Source: a virus. Taken from it: a DNA stretch of 64,000 nt. Made by a program: the position numbers and the translations under genes. This document shows positions 43,560 to 53,307 of this stretch, piece after piece. A model generated the notes under the pieces. That model was not told where the DNA came from and ran no database searches. It saw nothing but the letters and a program-made list of their open reading frames with translations. Within the stretch, counting starts at the first letter, position 1; every line of letters begins with the position of its first letter. The stretch covers positions 11,156-75,155 of IMG/VR virus record IMGVR_UViG_3300009136_000002; one strand, written 5' to 3'.

Positions 43560-44114
43560 ATGCCAGAAGGATTCGGATACGGTGGTGATGAAGTAAAAGC
43601 AACCACCCACAATAAGACGTTAAAGAAGAAAGCCACATCGCAGAATCCGCCACAATCTACCCTTGCTACTCGCGCCCAGGGTGAAACACCGCAGCAAAAG
43701 CAATTCAGGAAACAGGTTAAGTCTCAAGTTGGCGATACCTCGACGCAGAAAGATGTACTCAAAGCTGCTGGCCTGAAACAGTTGCCTGGAGCTGGTATCT
43801 CTTCCACTACAAGAGCCCCTGGGATTGGTCAGAAGGATACGCGGAAGTACGATGAAGTTGATCGCGCAATTATGCGTAACACCCCTCCCCCCGCTGGAAA
43901 AGAGCCAAAAGTTTCTCGCGCTGTGCAACAAAGGAAACACCCTGGCTTGCAAAGGATGGTTGATTCGATGAGAGCTGCAGGGCTTTCAGAACAGAAAATA
44001 AATCAATATCTCTCCGTACAATACTCTGCTGGCCCAGGAACGGAGAGAAGGGCAGAAAGGAGAGAGAAGTTTTTACGGCGGCAAGCCGCAGAGAAATACG
44101 GCACTCCGCCCTAA
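43560..44114 (+). CDS. Basic disordered protein ending GTPP
   Basis: 184 aa, AAGGAG SD. Confidence 0.7.
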   Translation: MPEGFGYGGDEVKATTHNKTLKKKATSQNPPQSTLATRAQGETPQQKQFRKQVKSQVGDTSTQKDVLKAAGLKQLPGAGISSTTRAPGIGQKDTRKYDEVDRAIMRNTPPPAGKEPKVSRAVQQRKHPGLQRMVDSMRAAGLSEQKINQYLSVQYSAGPGTERRAERREKFLRRQAAEKYGTPP

Positions 44115-44135
44115 CAGTAACCTTAATCTTGGATG

Positions 44136-44167
44136 AACCGCCATCTGCAAGGATGAGCGGTTTTTTT
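44136..44167 (+). terminator. Intrinsic terminator
   Basis: AACCGCCATC/GATGAGCGGTT stem followed by a T run. Confidence 0.65.
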
Positions 44168-44189
44168 GTGTCCAAAGGAGGAACGGACA

Positions 44190-45149
44190 ATGGAACATAA
44201 CGATGAACGTGACGCTAACGACCAGCGTGAACATGATGCCGATGCTGGTGTCGGAACGTCTGCCGACGATGCCGCAACCCACGATCTCGATCTGGATGAT
44301 TTTCACGACCTCGACAAAGATCCGACTGACGAGTCGCTAAAAACGGACGACGAGGGTGTGCTGACGACAGACGAGCCGGACGCTGCTGCAGAGGAGGTTC
44401 CACCCTTCCATGAGCATCCCCGCTGGCAACAAATGTTGGCCGAAAGGGATGAACTCAAGGGACAGGTTGAGACACAGGGCGGAACCCTTGAGGAACAGGC
44501 AAGACGGATTGATGAGTACGATAGACACCTTCGGATGATGGATACCCTGTCTCGGCAACAGCCGATGCAACAGGTCACGCCGGAGCAACCCGCAACGCCA
44601 GATCCCTTCGACGAGATCCTGTCGATGCCGGAAGAGGAGATAATCGACGAATTCCAGAAATCGCCCAGGCAATTTCTACAATCATTCGGAGAGAACATCA
44701 CTCAGAAGGCATTGGCAAACGCCGAAAGCGTGGCGTATGCGAGGGCTCAGGACGATGCCATCACCAAAGGCATAGATCAGTTTGCTGACGATAATCCAGA
44801 TTTCATGGACATGGTTATCGCTGGAGACATCGCTCGGTTCATTGATCGCAATCCTATTCATAATGCCATTTCTGCCTACCACACCCTCAAGTCCCAAGGC
44901 AGCGACGAGGAGTACGACACGGAAATGGCTAATTACGAAAAACAAGTACGCGAGGACGAGCGCGAAAAAACCCTTGCATCCGTTCGCGCCAAGCAGGGAG
45001 CCCAGGTCTTAGATGGTTCCGCTGGCGCTGGAGGGCCAACTGCAGGGGCTAATACTGCCATTGATCCTGACTTGCAAGACACAGCGAAACATGGTGGTAA
45101 GCGGGCTGTCCTCACTCAACGCCTCAAAGCGTTTCGTGAGAGGTTTTAG
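44190..45149 (+). CDS. Capsid scaffolding protein
   Basis: Acidic disordered N-terminus, PFHEHPRWQ motif, coiled coil, position before the capsid gene. Confidence 0.75.
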   Translation: MEHNDERDANDQREHDADAGVGTSADDAATHDLDLDDFHDLDKDPTDESLKTDDEGVLTTDEPDAAAEEVPPFHEHPRWQQMLAERDELKGQVETQGGTLEEQARRIDEYDRHLRMMDTLSRQQPMQQVTPEQPATPDPFDEILSMPEEEIIDEFQKSPRQFLQSFGENITQKALANAESVAYARAQDDAITKGIDQFADDNPDFMDMVIAGDIARFIDRNPIHNAISAYHTLKSQGSDEEYDTEMANYEKQVREDEREKTLASVRAKQGAQVLDGSAGAGGPTAGANTAIDPDLQDTAKHGGKRAVLTQRLKAFRERF

Positions 45150-45160
45150 GAGGAACGAGC

Positions 45161-46108
45161 ATGGCTCTAACTAGGAGTGAGCTAGAGTCTACTACCCGAT
45201 ACCATTTCATCACCGATGGTGGGAAGGCCTTCGACCAGTATTTCCTGTCGAATTGGCTCATCTATCGGACGTTGAAAAGCCCGAAGTATCGTCCGGCGGG
45301 TGGTAGGCAGATCAAGGTTCCTCTGACTTATGATCGTCTGACAGGTGGGTCGTTTGACGGTGCGGATCAGTTTGATATTGCCCGAAAGGACATCATCAAC
45401 TCCGCCCTGTTCGATTGGCGACACTACTACGTCAACGTGACAATCATCTGGACGGAGGAATTGGAGAATGCAGGGCCGGAAGAAGAAGTCGATATGGTGA
45501 TTACCAAGTTGGAGAACGCCCAGGAAACTATCCGTTGGGATCTCGGCGATGGTCTGTACTCTGATGGGTCAGGCAATCTCGATAAGGATCTCGATGGCCT
45601 GGAGGCGCTTTTCGACACCACCACATCGGACGAGTATGGCGGGATCGCGGAGGATGATATGAGTCGATGGAGTGCTGGTGTGACCACTACCGCCGAACCC
45701 ATCACATCTGCTGTCCTTCGTACCATGCGAACCGATGCCAAAATCGGCGATGCGGTCATGGACAAGCCAAGTCTGATCGTGACCACGGATGCGCTTCTCG
45801 ATAGCTGGCTGAATCAGCTCCAGACACAGCAACGCTTTGTGTCGTCCAGGGCTGCGAAGGCTGGCTTTGATTCAGTCTATATGCTGGATCAGGCTGAGAT
45901 ATTCTCCGATGGGAAATGCCCTGATGGATTCGCCTATGCGATGAACGATAGGTATTGGGGTTTCGCCGTGCATAAGAGCGGTATGTTCGTCAGGACAGCC
46001 TGGAAGGTTCCGACCAATCAGGCTACCAAGTCCATGCAGATCCTCTGGAAAGGCAACATGATCTGCACAAGGCGAAATGCTCATCGGAAGCACAGTAACT
46101 TGACCTAA
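45161..46108 (+). CDS. Major capsid protein (HK97 fold)
   Basis: 315 aa after the scaffold, strong SD; GG..I..PL.Y, LY.DG.G....L.GL, P.LI.T and GF motifs; followed by a hairpin. Confidence 0.85.
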   Translation: MALTRSELESTTRYHFITDGGKAFDQYFLSNWLIYRTLKSPKYRPAGGRQIKVPLTYDRLTGGSFDGADQFDIARKDIINSALFDWRHYYVNVTIIWTEELENAGPEEEVDMVITKLENAQETIRWDLGDGLYSDGSGNLDKDLDGLEALFDTTTSDEYGGIAEDDMSRWSAGVTTTAEPITSAVLRTMRTDAKIGDAVMDKPSLIVTTDALLDSWLNQLQTQQRFVSSRAAKAGFDSVYMLDQAEIFSDGKCPDGFAYAMNDRYWGFAVHKSGMFVRTAWKVPTNQATKSMQILWKGNMICTRRNAHRKHSNLT

Positions 46109-46164
46109 ACCCCTATCTGGCGGAGAGGGGCGGCGCGAATCGCCCCTACGCTAAGGAGAGTCTA

Positions 46165-46911
46165 ATGGCTCAAGACACAACTGGAAGTAAGTATGGTTTT
46201 GAAACCACAACTGGCTTGACAATCCAACAGGGTTTCTTTGAGGAATCCGAAGAGCCGAAGCACAATATCGGAACGTGCGTGGCGATTGCTGACGGTAGGT
46301 GTTTCCACTACTCGAAGGCGGGCGCTGTTGCGCTGAGTGCTGGGAAGCTCAACATGAGTGCGCTTGCAATCGCGGGCCATGAGGATTGTGATGTCGCCGC
46401 TGTCGTGGCTGCATTCAACAAGCAAGTCACGTTGACTCCGGCAACTGCCGCTGTGACCGTGGATCAGTACGCTGAGGGCTATGTCCAGACTCGATCCGCT
46501 ACTGGTCTTGGTCAAATGCGGAAGATCCGGAGCCATCCGGCTGCGGGGATCGCGGCCAATGTGGTTGTAACCTGTTACGATCCATTCACCATTGCGCTTG
46601 ATGCAACCACCCAGGCCAATCTCATCAAGAGTCCCTATGATGAGGTTATCGAGTCTGCGGTTGAGGAGAATATCCCATCAGGCGTACCGCTGATTGATGT
46701 GCAAGCTGGTTATTTCTTCTGGAATCAGACGATGGGGCCAGCCGCCGTGCTGTCCGATGGAGCAATCGCCGCTGGCTCGGAGGTTGTTGCTGGTACTGTC
46801 GCTGGATCTGTGGCTGTCCAATCAGCTTTTCTGTTTCCGATAGTCGGCACGATGATGCTACTCAGCGTCGATGCCGAAAGCGCAGCGGTCTTTCTGCGGC
46901 TCGGAAAGTAG
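46165..46911 (+). CDS. Capsid decoration/cement-like protein
   Basis: A/V/G-rich; DGR.F.Y.KAG and YFFW.QT.GPA motifs; follows the capsid gene. Confidence 0.65.
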   Translation: MAQDTTGSKYGFETTTGLTIQQGFFEESEEPKHNIGTCVAIADGRCFHYSKAGAVALSAGKLNMSALAIAGHEDCDVAAVVAAFNKQVTLTPATAAVTVDQYAEGYVQTRSATGLGQMRKIRSHPAAGIAANVVVTCYDPFTIALDATTQANLIKSPYDEVIESAVEENIPSGVPLIDVQAGYFFWNQTMGPAAVLSDGAIAAGSEVVAGTVAGSVAVQSAFLFPIVGTMMLLSVDAESAAVFLRLGK

Positions 46912-46931
46912 GGACAATGCAGTAAACAGGT

Positions 46932-46957
46932 GGGGGAGTTTCGGCTCCCCCTTTTTT
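46932..46957 (+). terminator. Intrinsic terminator
   Basis: GGGGGAGT-TTCG-GCTCCCCC-TTTTTT. Confidence 0.85.
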
Positions 46958-47030
46958 CTCAGACATGGAAATATCCACCCACCTTGCCTGGGGTGTGTTT
47001 GGCGCTAGACAAAGCGTAAAAGGAGAAATC

Positions 47031-47288
47031 ATGGCTAATGTTTATGACATTCAGAAGATTACCAACATCGGTGATATGCGTATGACGATCACGGAGATCA
47101 CGAGTGATGGCTCTACCGTTGCCATTACCAATACCGATGTCGGTATGCACAGATTCACTCACGCTTGGCTGCAGGACATTGATGATGGCGCAGCTCTCGG
47201 TCTGGAGGTAACTGACTCCACCACTCTGACGCTAACCGCAGCCATTGGCAATACGCAGAAACAAATGCTGTTTGCCCTGGGTTACTAA
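47031..47288 (+). CDS. Small virion protein
   Basis: Start MANVY after AAGGAG; T-rich, beta-like. Confidence 0.65.
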   Translation: MANVYDIQKITNIGDMRMTITEITSDGSTVAITNTDVGMHRFTHAWLQDIDDGAALGLEVTDSTTLTLTAAIGNTQKQMLFALGY

Positions 47289-47295
47289 ATAGCAT

Positions 47296-47320
47296 GGGCG
47301 GGGTTACTCCCGCCCTTTTT
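47296..47320 (+). terminator. Intrinsic terminator
   Basis: GGGCGGGG-TTAC-TCCCGCCC-TTTTT. Confidence 0.8.
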
Positions 47321-47331
47321 GGAGGAAGTCA

Positions 47332-48567
47332 ATGACCGCGAACCTCAGTACCATTAGAAAATTCGTCCGGCAAGAGGTTGACGATCCGGCTCCCTTGCGA
47401 AAGCCCGATCCGACTGTGAGCTTTCAGCACGATGGCGGTTTCAACCAAACAACTGCCTTTGAGGATTCGTCTGAAAACTTTGAGACTTTGGGTATCGTGG
47501 TCGGTGATGTGATCTTCAATCTTACGGATGGTGGATCTCTTGCCACTATCAGGGCTATCGTCGATGGGAATGCCACGATGGACAGACTAGAGGTGGATTC
47601 GATTGATGGTGGCAATCAGAATGAATACAACCCCAACGACATAGTTTACATCTATGATCGTCATGCTCAGAAGGGGCTTGATGGGACTCGGTTTACCAAT
47701 TCAGAAGTCCTAGACGCAATCAATCAGGCACAGCTACAGGTAGCCAGGAAGTTTGGTGGTGTTCAAAAGACTGACGTTACCCAGGACATCAAGGTTCAAA
47801 CCAAGTTTCCCCTTGATAACATTTCGGGAACCTTCGTTGTGGGGGAAACCCTTACGGGTGCGAACAATGGCTACACCGCTGTCGTTGAAGTCCAGGCCTC
47901 TGACTTCTTCGTTGTAGAAGATTTCAGGGATGCCTCTGGCAACCTGGATACCACAGCCCTCTTCGAGGATAATGAAGTCCTCACAGGGAATACGAGTGCT
48001 GCTACTTGTCAGGTGAACTCACCGGACACAAGCGGTGCTGTTCCCCCAGCTCTCCAGGGATACTCCGTCAACAACTTCAACGTGGGACAGAACTTACCCA
48101 CCGATCTAAAGTCACTCGAAGCTGCCTATTATTGGGACGGTTCAACTCGCCGTGGCCTCGGAAAGCAATACATTCAAGAACTCTTTCTTCACGCTACTCC
48201 TACCAGTAGCGGTCAACCATTCATTGAGGCTGGCTGGGATGATAGCGATAGGATCTGGCTCTGGCCTCATCAGGGATACGACGATCTTAACTCTCTCCAC
48301 CTGATCTATTGGGGCTGGCCCTCAGACCTCTCCGCCGATACAGACACCACGGACTTAGACATTAAGTATGAGCGGCTGTTGATTCTTTTAGCTGCCAGGA
48401 TCTTGTCGGGACAAATGAGAGACAGCGAAATGCACGAACGACTACGGAATGATCTCATGGAGGAAACAGCCGATATTATGACAACTAGGGACGATGAGCC
48501 AAGGAGTTTCCGTCAAGAACTAAGGTGGAACCTCTACGACGAAACTGCCTTTTATGATTGGTACTAA
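47332..48567 (+). CDS. Head-tail adaptor-like protein with inserted beta domains
   Basis: L..IR..VR...DD, FT.SE..DAIN.AQ, LP.D, IWLWP, P.DL..D.D motifs; two GE.LTG repeats. Confidence 0.65.
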   Translation: MTANLSTIRKFVRQEVDDPAPLRKPDPTVSFQHDGGFNQTTAFEDSSENFETLGIVVGDVIFNLTDGGSLATIRAIVDGNATMDRLEVDSIDGGNQNEYNPNDIVYIYDRHAQKGLDGTRFTNSEVLDAINQAQLQVARKFGGVQKTDVTQDIKVQTKFPLDNISGTFVVGETLTGANNGYTAVVEVQASDFFVVEDFRDASGNLDTTALFEDNEVLTGNTSAATCQVNSPDTSGAVPPALQGYSVNNFNVGQNLPTDLKSLEAAYYWDGSTRRGLGKQYIQELFLHATPTSSGQPFIEAGWDDSDRIWLWPHQGYDDLNSLHLIYWGWPSDLSADTDTTDLDIKYERLLILLAARILSGQMRDSEMHERLRNDLMEETADIMTTRDDEPRSFRQELRWNLYDETAFYDWY

Positions 48568-48581
48568 GGAGTATTCCCAAG

Positions 48582-50999
48582 ATGATAAAACGCACATCAG
48601 GTCAATTTAGAAATAAGTTTGGCAAGCTCGTCAAGGGGATCTCTTCCTTCCTGCTAGAAAAAGATGAGCTGTCTGATGTTCAAAATATGCTGCCTGGATA
48701 CGAGTGGCGACAGCGTAAGGGCCAGAGTGAGTTGACCATCGTTCCGATAGCAGCCAATCTCGAATTCAAAAGTATGTTTCAGTTTACTCAGCTCAATCAA
48801 GCTGGAGATTATCTCCTGGCCCATGTGTACGATCCTGTGAACGGTGATCGAATCGTGAGAGCATCAGCTCTCCCGCCCGCTACTGGAATAACCTGGGTGG
48901 ATGAATACACCCTTACTGCAGGGGGAGTGCCAGCGCAGTTTGCTCAGATCCTCGATGCCGTTATCGTGGCAAACGATAAGGAGTTTCTGATCTGGCGCGG
49001 CGAATCTCATTGGCCCACAGGTGTTTGGGTGTATGACGCTTCGGAGACTGTTTACATTGACTATTGGGACGAAATGACGGATGGCCGTGACACGACCATT
49101 CTGAATCTGAGTAGCTTTCCCACGGCGGATCGCGTTCACATAATGTCCGATATGCCATTCGACAGAATTGGCGTGACCGTTGGAAACCCGAATAGTGCTG
49201 CGGCTGTTCTTTCAGTCTTTACCTATCAAGCTGGTGTCTACACGGCGGTAGCAGGGCTTGTCGATGGCACGAGCGTTACCGGACGTTCCATTTCTGTTTC
49301 GGGAGATATTACTTGGAACCTTACCGGAAATGAATCACAGACCGTCATTGACGGACAGGGCGGCTTTGTCGCCTATCTCACCTGGAATAATGTGCTGGAT
49401 GCAAGCTGTGATCTTACAGCTATGGATATGGAAACTGAGTGGGGTGAAGTCCAAGACGTATGGGACGGAGATCGTACAGATCCCTCCGGTGCTTATGTAA
49501 CTGTCGATGATGTGACCTTTGAGGACTATCTAGTCAAGGTTTTAAATACGGCTGTTTCAGATTACCTGGATGCTGGCGGTCTGCCAACGGCGGGGTACGT
49601 CTATGTTGGTTTCAACAGACAGGTAAATGCTATTGACTTCTGGCCCGATGTCGATAACGCACAGACAAACAATTCAAGCGTTGCCTCGTTAGAGTATTGG
49701 TCGAATACTGGAGCCTGGACAGCGGTAACAGGCTTAACAGATACCACGGAAGCGGGCAATTCTTCATGGACACAGAAAGGAAGTATCGGCTGGAAAGCTG
49801 TAGATCAAGATGTAGAGAAGGCCAGGATTGTAGCTGGCGATATTAACCCCTGGTACTGGTATCGAATCAAATGGGATGCAGCTTTCTCTGCAGAGGCAAG
49901 AATCTACAGGATCACAGGTATTCCCACGCCAAGAAGAATTGATTGGAGCTATGGCTGTACTGCTTGGAAGAGAAGGGCTTGGCAGATTGGCCCGAACAGA
50001 CAAGCTAATACGCTGCGCTTTTCGGCTGATGGTTTGCCTAACACATTCAACGGTGCTGACTCTGGCTACATTCAGTTTGGTGAAAGACCTGTGCTGGCTG
50101 CGATCCCCTTCTTCAATGAGCTTGTGATATGGGCTGACAAGGAAATGTGGATGCTCCAGGGCGATTCTCCAGCCAGTTTTGGCCGGATGAGGTTAAGCGC
50201 CAGGGTCGGCATTGATGCTCCGCACTCCGCAATCTCTGTAGAGAGCGGTGTAATTGATTCGAGAAATATCAGACGCATTACCCTGGCATGGTTCTTCCAG
50301 GGGATTTGGTTCTTTGATGGGATCAGGTGGTGGATAGTCTCCTCTCCAGATATAGATTCATTCTTTGATGCAGAGCATGAAGATTACATCAATCCGGACT
50401 TCGCTGACAGAACCTATGGTGACTACGATCTCGAAACCGAATGCGCTTACTGGATAGTTTACAGCGGTGTTAATCAGACCACGCCCAACAAAGTCTTAGT
50501 GATGCACATTCCAACTCTTACTTATGGAATTTTCAAATACGAAACAGAAATCTCTAGCATCCTCTCAGCCTTTAACAAGCGTTTCTATTTGGTCGGCGGA
50601 GCCTGGGATACTGGCAAACATTACTTACTCAATGACACCGACCAGGACGTTGATGCTACCGGAGTCGCAGTAGCCATTGATGCCTTTATGATTACTAAGG
50701 ATATGTGGGCTCAGTACGATCATGGCTTGAAGCAGAGAGTTTTCAGTCTTGTTATGGAGTCCCAGGATCAAGGCATGGTTGAGCTGGATGAGTATCCCGA
50801 TGGATCTAAAACACCACAAGCTACTGGCTCGAAGAAACAGACCGCGCTCGGCAAGACATTGGTTGATGTTCAATGGCAGCTTAAAGAGCATCCAGGCCAG
50901 CTTACTACTAAATTCAGAATTCGCCATAGGAGCCTGGGCGACCATTTCATACCCTATGGCTACAGCACGACCTGGGATCAGGATAGGAGCGAAGAGTAG
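48582..50999 (+). CDS. Tail tubular/hub protein (gp10-like)
   Basis: ~805 aa, beta-rich; N-terminal .QN.LP...RQR.G, LRFS, position after the adaptor. Confidence 0.65.
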   Translation: MIKRTSGQFRNKFGKLVKGISSFLLEKDELSDVQNMLPGYEWRQRKGQSELTIVPIAANLEFKSMFQFTQLNQAGDYLLAHVYDPVNGDRIVRASALPPATGITWVDEYTLTAGGVPAQFAQILDAVIVANDKEFLIWRGESHWPTGVWVYDASETVYIDYWDEMTDGRDTTILNLSSFPTADRVHIMSDMPFDRIGVTVGNPNSAAAVLSVFTYQAGVYTAVAGLVDGTSVTGRSISVSGDITWNLTGNESQTVIDGQGGFVAYLTWNNVLDASCDLTAMDMETEWGEVQDVWDGDRTDPSGAYVTVDDVTFEDYLVKVLNTAVSDYLDAGGLPTAGYVYVGFNRQVNAIDFWPDVDNAQTNNSSVASLEYWSNTGAWTAVTGLTDTTEAGNSSWTQKGSIGWKAVDQDVEKARIVAGDINPWYWYRIKWDAAFSAEARIYRITGIPTPRRIDWSYGCTAWKRRAWQIGPNRQANTLRFSADGLPNTFNGADSGYIQFGERPVLAAIPFFNELVIWADKEMWMLQGDSPASFGRMRLSARVGIDAPHSAISVESGVIDSRNIRRITLAWFFQGIWFFDGIRWWIVSSPDIDSFFDAEHEDYINPDFADRTYGDYDLETECAYWIVYSGVNQTTPNKVLVMHIPTLTYGIFKYETEISSILSAFNKRFYLVGGAWDTGKHYLLNDTDQDVDATGVAVAIDAFMITKDMWAQYDHGLKQRVFSLVMESQDQGMVELDEYPDGSKTPQATGSKKQTALGKTLVDVQWQLKEHPGQLTTKFRIRHRSLGDHFIPYGYSTTWDQDRSEE

Positions 51000-52117
51000 T
51001 GAGCAAACGGCGACCCTATATTTATCAGGATAGGGAGTGGGCTGAGATCGCCAACATACAAGAGAAAGTTGATGTCCAGGGCGATGAAGTCCCACTCAGC
51101 GAATTGGATCAGCCCTATCTTTATGGCAACGATGAGGATGATAACTATCAGCCCTATGAATATGACCACAAGAAGCCTCCCCCTGGCATTGGCCCCTGGC
51201 CCCCCGATCCCACTCCGATCCCAGGGCCGTGCAATCAAGAGGGCGGCTGTGGCTTTGTAACGCTAGTGAGCGTCCCTGAGACTGTAGAATGTGATGATTC
51301 ATACCATTTTCAAACTATTCATGTAGTTTACGGCTGCGAATCAGCAACATTTGAGGATGCCTTTCTCGTTTGGTCGTTACATGGCCCAGGCACTCTTACC
51401 CCTACGGGTGTGGGGGCAGTATATCAAGCTCCTAGTTGCTGTGATGGCGATGAAGTCACAGTATGCGTTTCCTCTATTGATGGCTCCTGTGCGGATTGCA
51501 GAACATTCCACCTAGACTGTGCTGCCTGTTGTGAAGAAATGGTTCTTGTTGGAGCGGATACCGCAAATCCTAGCACGATTTATTCTGCTGCTATAGACCC
51601 TCCGTGTCCAGGTGCGGAATGTACCGTTACCAATAATTCCGGTTGCCCGATGGAGTGCGAAGTCAATTCAGATGGCACAACGGTAAGTACGGTTGTAGCT
51701 CCGAAGAATTGCGGATCTTTTACGATCACAGTAACGGAGAACACATCAACACCGCAAAAACAAGAGGATAACTGCCCTGGTGAATCGGCATCAAAAGGTG
51801 TGCGGATCAATGGCAATGGTGGTTTTTGGAAAACTTGTTGGTCAACGGGCAGCATATTCTGTAATGGCCCCTTCTGTGGTTGTAGTTGGGAGGATGGTGA
51901 ACGAAGGTGGGGTGTGTCGGTAGGCGCAGGGATATTGTGTGGCCCTGATGCTCATACGCGCCATTGCTTTGAGGATTGGCCCCTAACAACAGGGAATATA
52001 ATTTTCTCACAATATATTGATGTAAAAGCCTGTGATACCAATGGCCCTTGTGCTGGTGGTCGTAAATGGGGTGATGGTATGTCCTATTGGGTAAATCCAG
52101 ACTGTGAATGTATATGA
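50999..52117 (+). CDS. Cysteine-rich tail-region protein
   Basis: 28 Cys counted in 372 aa; Ig-like W...G.G.L....Y.AP segment. Confidence 0.7.
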   Translation: MSKRRPYIYQDREWAEIANIQEKVDVQGDEVPLSELDQPYLYGNDEDDNYQPYEYDHKKPPPGIGPWPPDPTPIPGPCNQEGGCGFVTLVSVPETVECDDSYHFQTIHVVYGCESATFEDAFLVWSLHGPGTLTPTGVGAVYQAPSCCDGDEVTVCVSSIDGSCADCRTFHLDCAACCEEMVLVGADTANPSTIYSAAIDPPCPGAECTVTNNSGCPMECEVNSDGTTVSTVVAPKNCGSFTITVTENTSTPQKQEDNCPGESASKGVRINGNGGFWKTCWSTGSIFCNGPFCGCSWEDGERRWGVSVGAGILCGPDAHTRHCFEDWPLTTGNIIFSQYIDVKACDTNGPCAGGRKWGDGMSYWVNPDCECI

Positions 52118-52617
52118 GCCGCAAAGAAAACATAGCCGGATACTGCGAATCATTTAATCCGCAACACCTCTACTCAGTCATGCAGTTTTTGGAGTGGTTT
52201 GGTTGCTGTGAAGATTTGATAGCTCCCATACAGGCATTCTTAGATTCAAAAACCAAGGAACTCGCAACATTAAAAAGGAAAGCAAGGCAAGAGTTTGAAA
52301 AGGCTGGTATGCCCCAGGTGACTGATGAGGAAAAGCAAGTTTATAAGGATGCTGCTCCTTGCATTGAGAAGGTCGATCCATTAGATCCACTAGATGATTT
52401 TTGGCGCAGCGAACCTCAATTCGCTGAACCACCTAGACTTCGAGTGGTGGTGGGCTTCTGCCCCAAATGCACTAGCACGATGGTAGGTGATGTTTTGCCG
52501 AATTGCGAAACAGAAGAAACTGGCAGACATTTCTATAGCGAATGTACTACCTGTCGATATTACACAGAAATCTTTAAAGGCCGTAAAGGTAGATTCATAG
52601 AAATAAAGGGGGAATAA
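52108..52617 (+). CDS. Zinc-ribbon-containing protein
   Basis: CPKC...CTTC.Y. Confidence 0.7.
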   Translation: MYMSRKENIAGYCESFNPQHLYSVMQFLEWFGCCEDLIAPIQAFLDSKTKELATLKRKARQEFEKAGMPQVTDEEKQVYKDAAPCIEKVDPLDPLDDFWRSEPQFAEPPRLRVVVGFCPKCTSTMVGDVLPNCETEETGRHFYSECTTCRYYTEIFKGRKGRFIEIKGE

Positions 52618-52618
52618 A

Positions 52619-53293
52619 ATGTCAAATGGAACTACAGATTATTCGACAAGAGGAATTGTTGACAGGATGCAAGCCGCGATAGCTCCAACTTTTCGCCAGG
52701 GTACTCAAGCTGTTCGTCAAGCAGCATCAGGGGCCGCTAGGCGAAAGGGTCAGTTTGGTGCTTTCGACATCGCAAGCCAAGCAACTGAACCCTTTGGGGC
52801 TCAGATGGGTAAGGCTGCGGCTGCGGCTGGGGTAGCTGGCGAGAGCTTGGGCGCTCAGATGGAAAGGCAGTTGAGAGACTTGACTTTCCAGCGCGAACAA
52901 CTCGCAGAGTCAAAAAGGGCAGAGCAAGCTCGGATAGCTGAAATGATGGCGAGTAGGCAACAGACAGGTCAGCTCTCCATGTTTCCGCAAACTGGTTTCA
53001 CCCAAGAAATGTTGCAGAGCTTGGGCTACCCAGGCACTCCAAGGGAACCGTTCGGGCCTCAGATTGGTTTGAACCAATTCCAGAGGAGCCTTGAGGGTAT
53101 GCAACGCCGTGACCAGCTCCCAGGCGTACCATTTGATCGAGGCCCGCTTGCTGGTCGCGGTGGCATGAACGCTCAAACGCAACTAATGTTATCAAGAATG
53201 TATCCTGGCATGAGTCGGTCTATGAGAATGATGCAAGCACAGAACTTGGGTCTGATGAGTGGCCCAATCCAGCCAGGGCAATTTAGAACATAG
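52619..53293 (+). CDS. Putative DNA ejection (pilot) protein
   Basis: A/G/Q/M-rich with coiled coil; podovirus ejection-gene position. Confidence 0.55.
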   Translation: MSNGTTDYSTRGIVDRMQAAIAPTFRQGTQAVRQAASGAARRKGQFGAFDIASQATEPFGAQMGKAAAAAGVAGESLGAQMERQLRDLTFQREQLAESKRAEQARIAEMMASRQQTGQLSMFPQTGFTQEMLQSLGYPGTPREPFGPQIGLNQFQRSLEGMQRRDQLPGVPFDRGPLAGRGGMNAQTQLMLSRMYPGMSRSMRMMQAQNLGLMSGPIQPGQFRT

Positions 53294-53307
53294 AGGGGGG
53301 TGATCTC

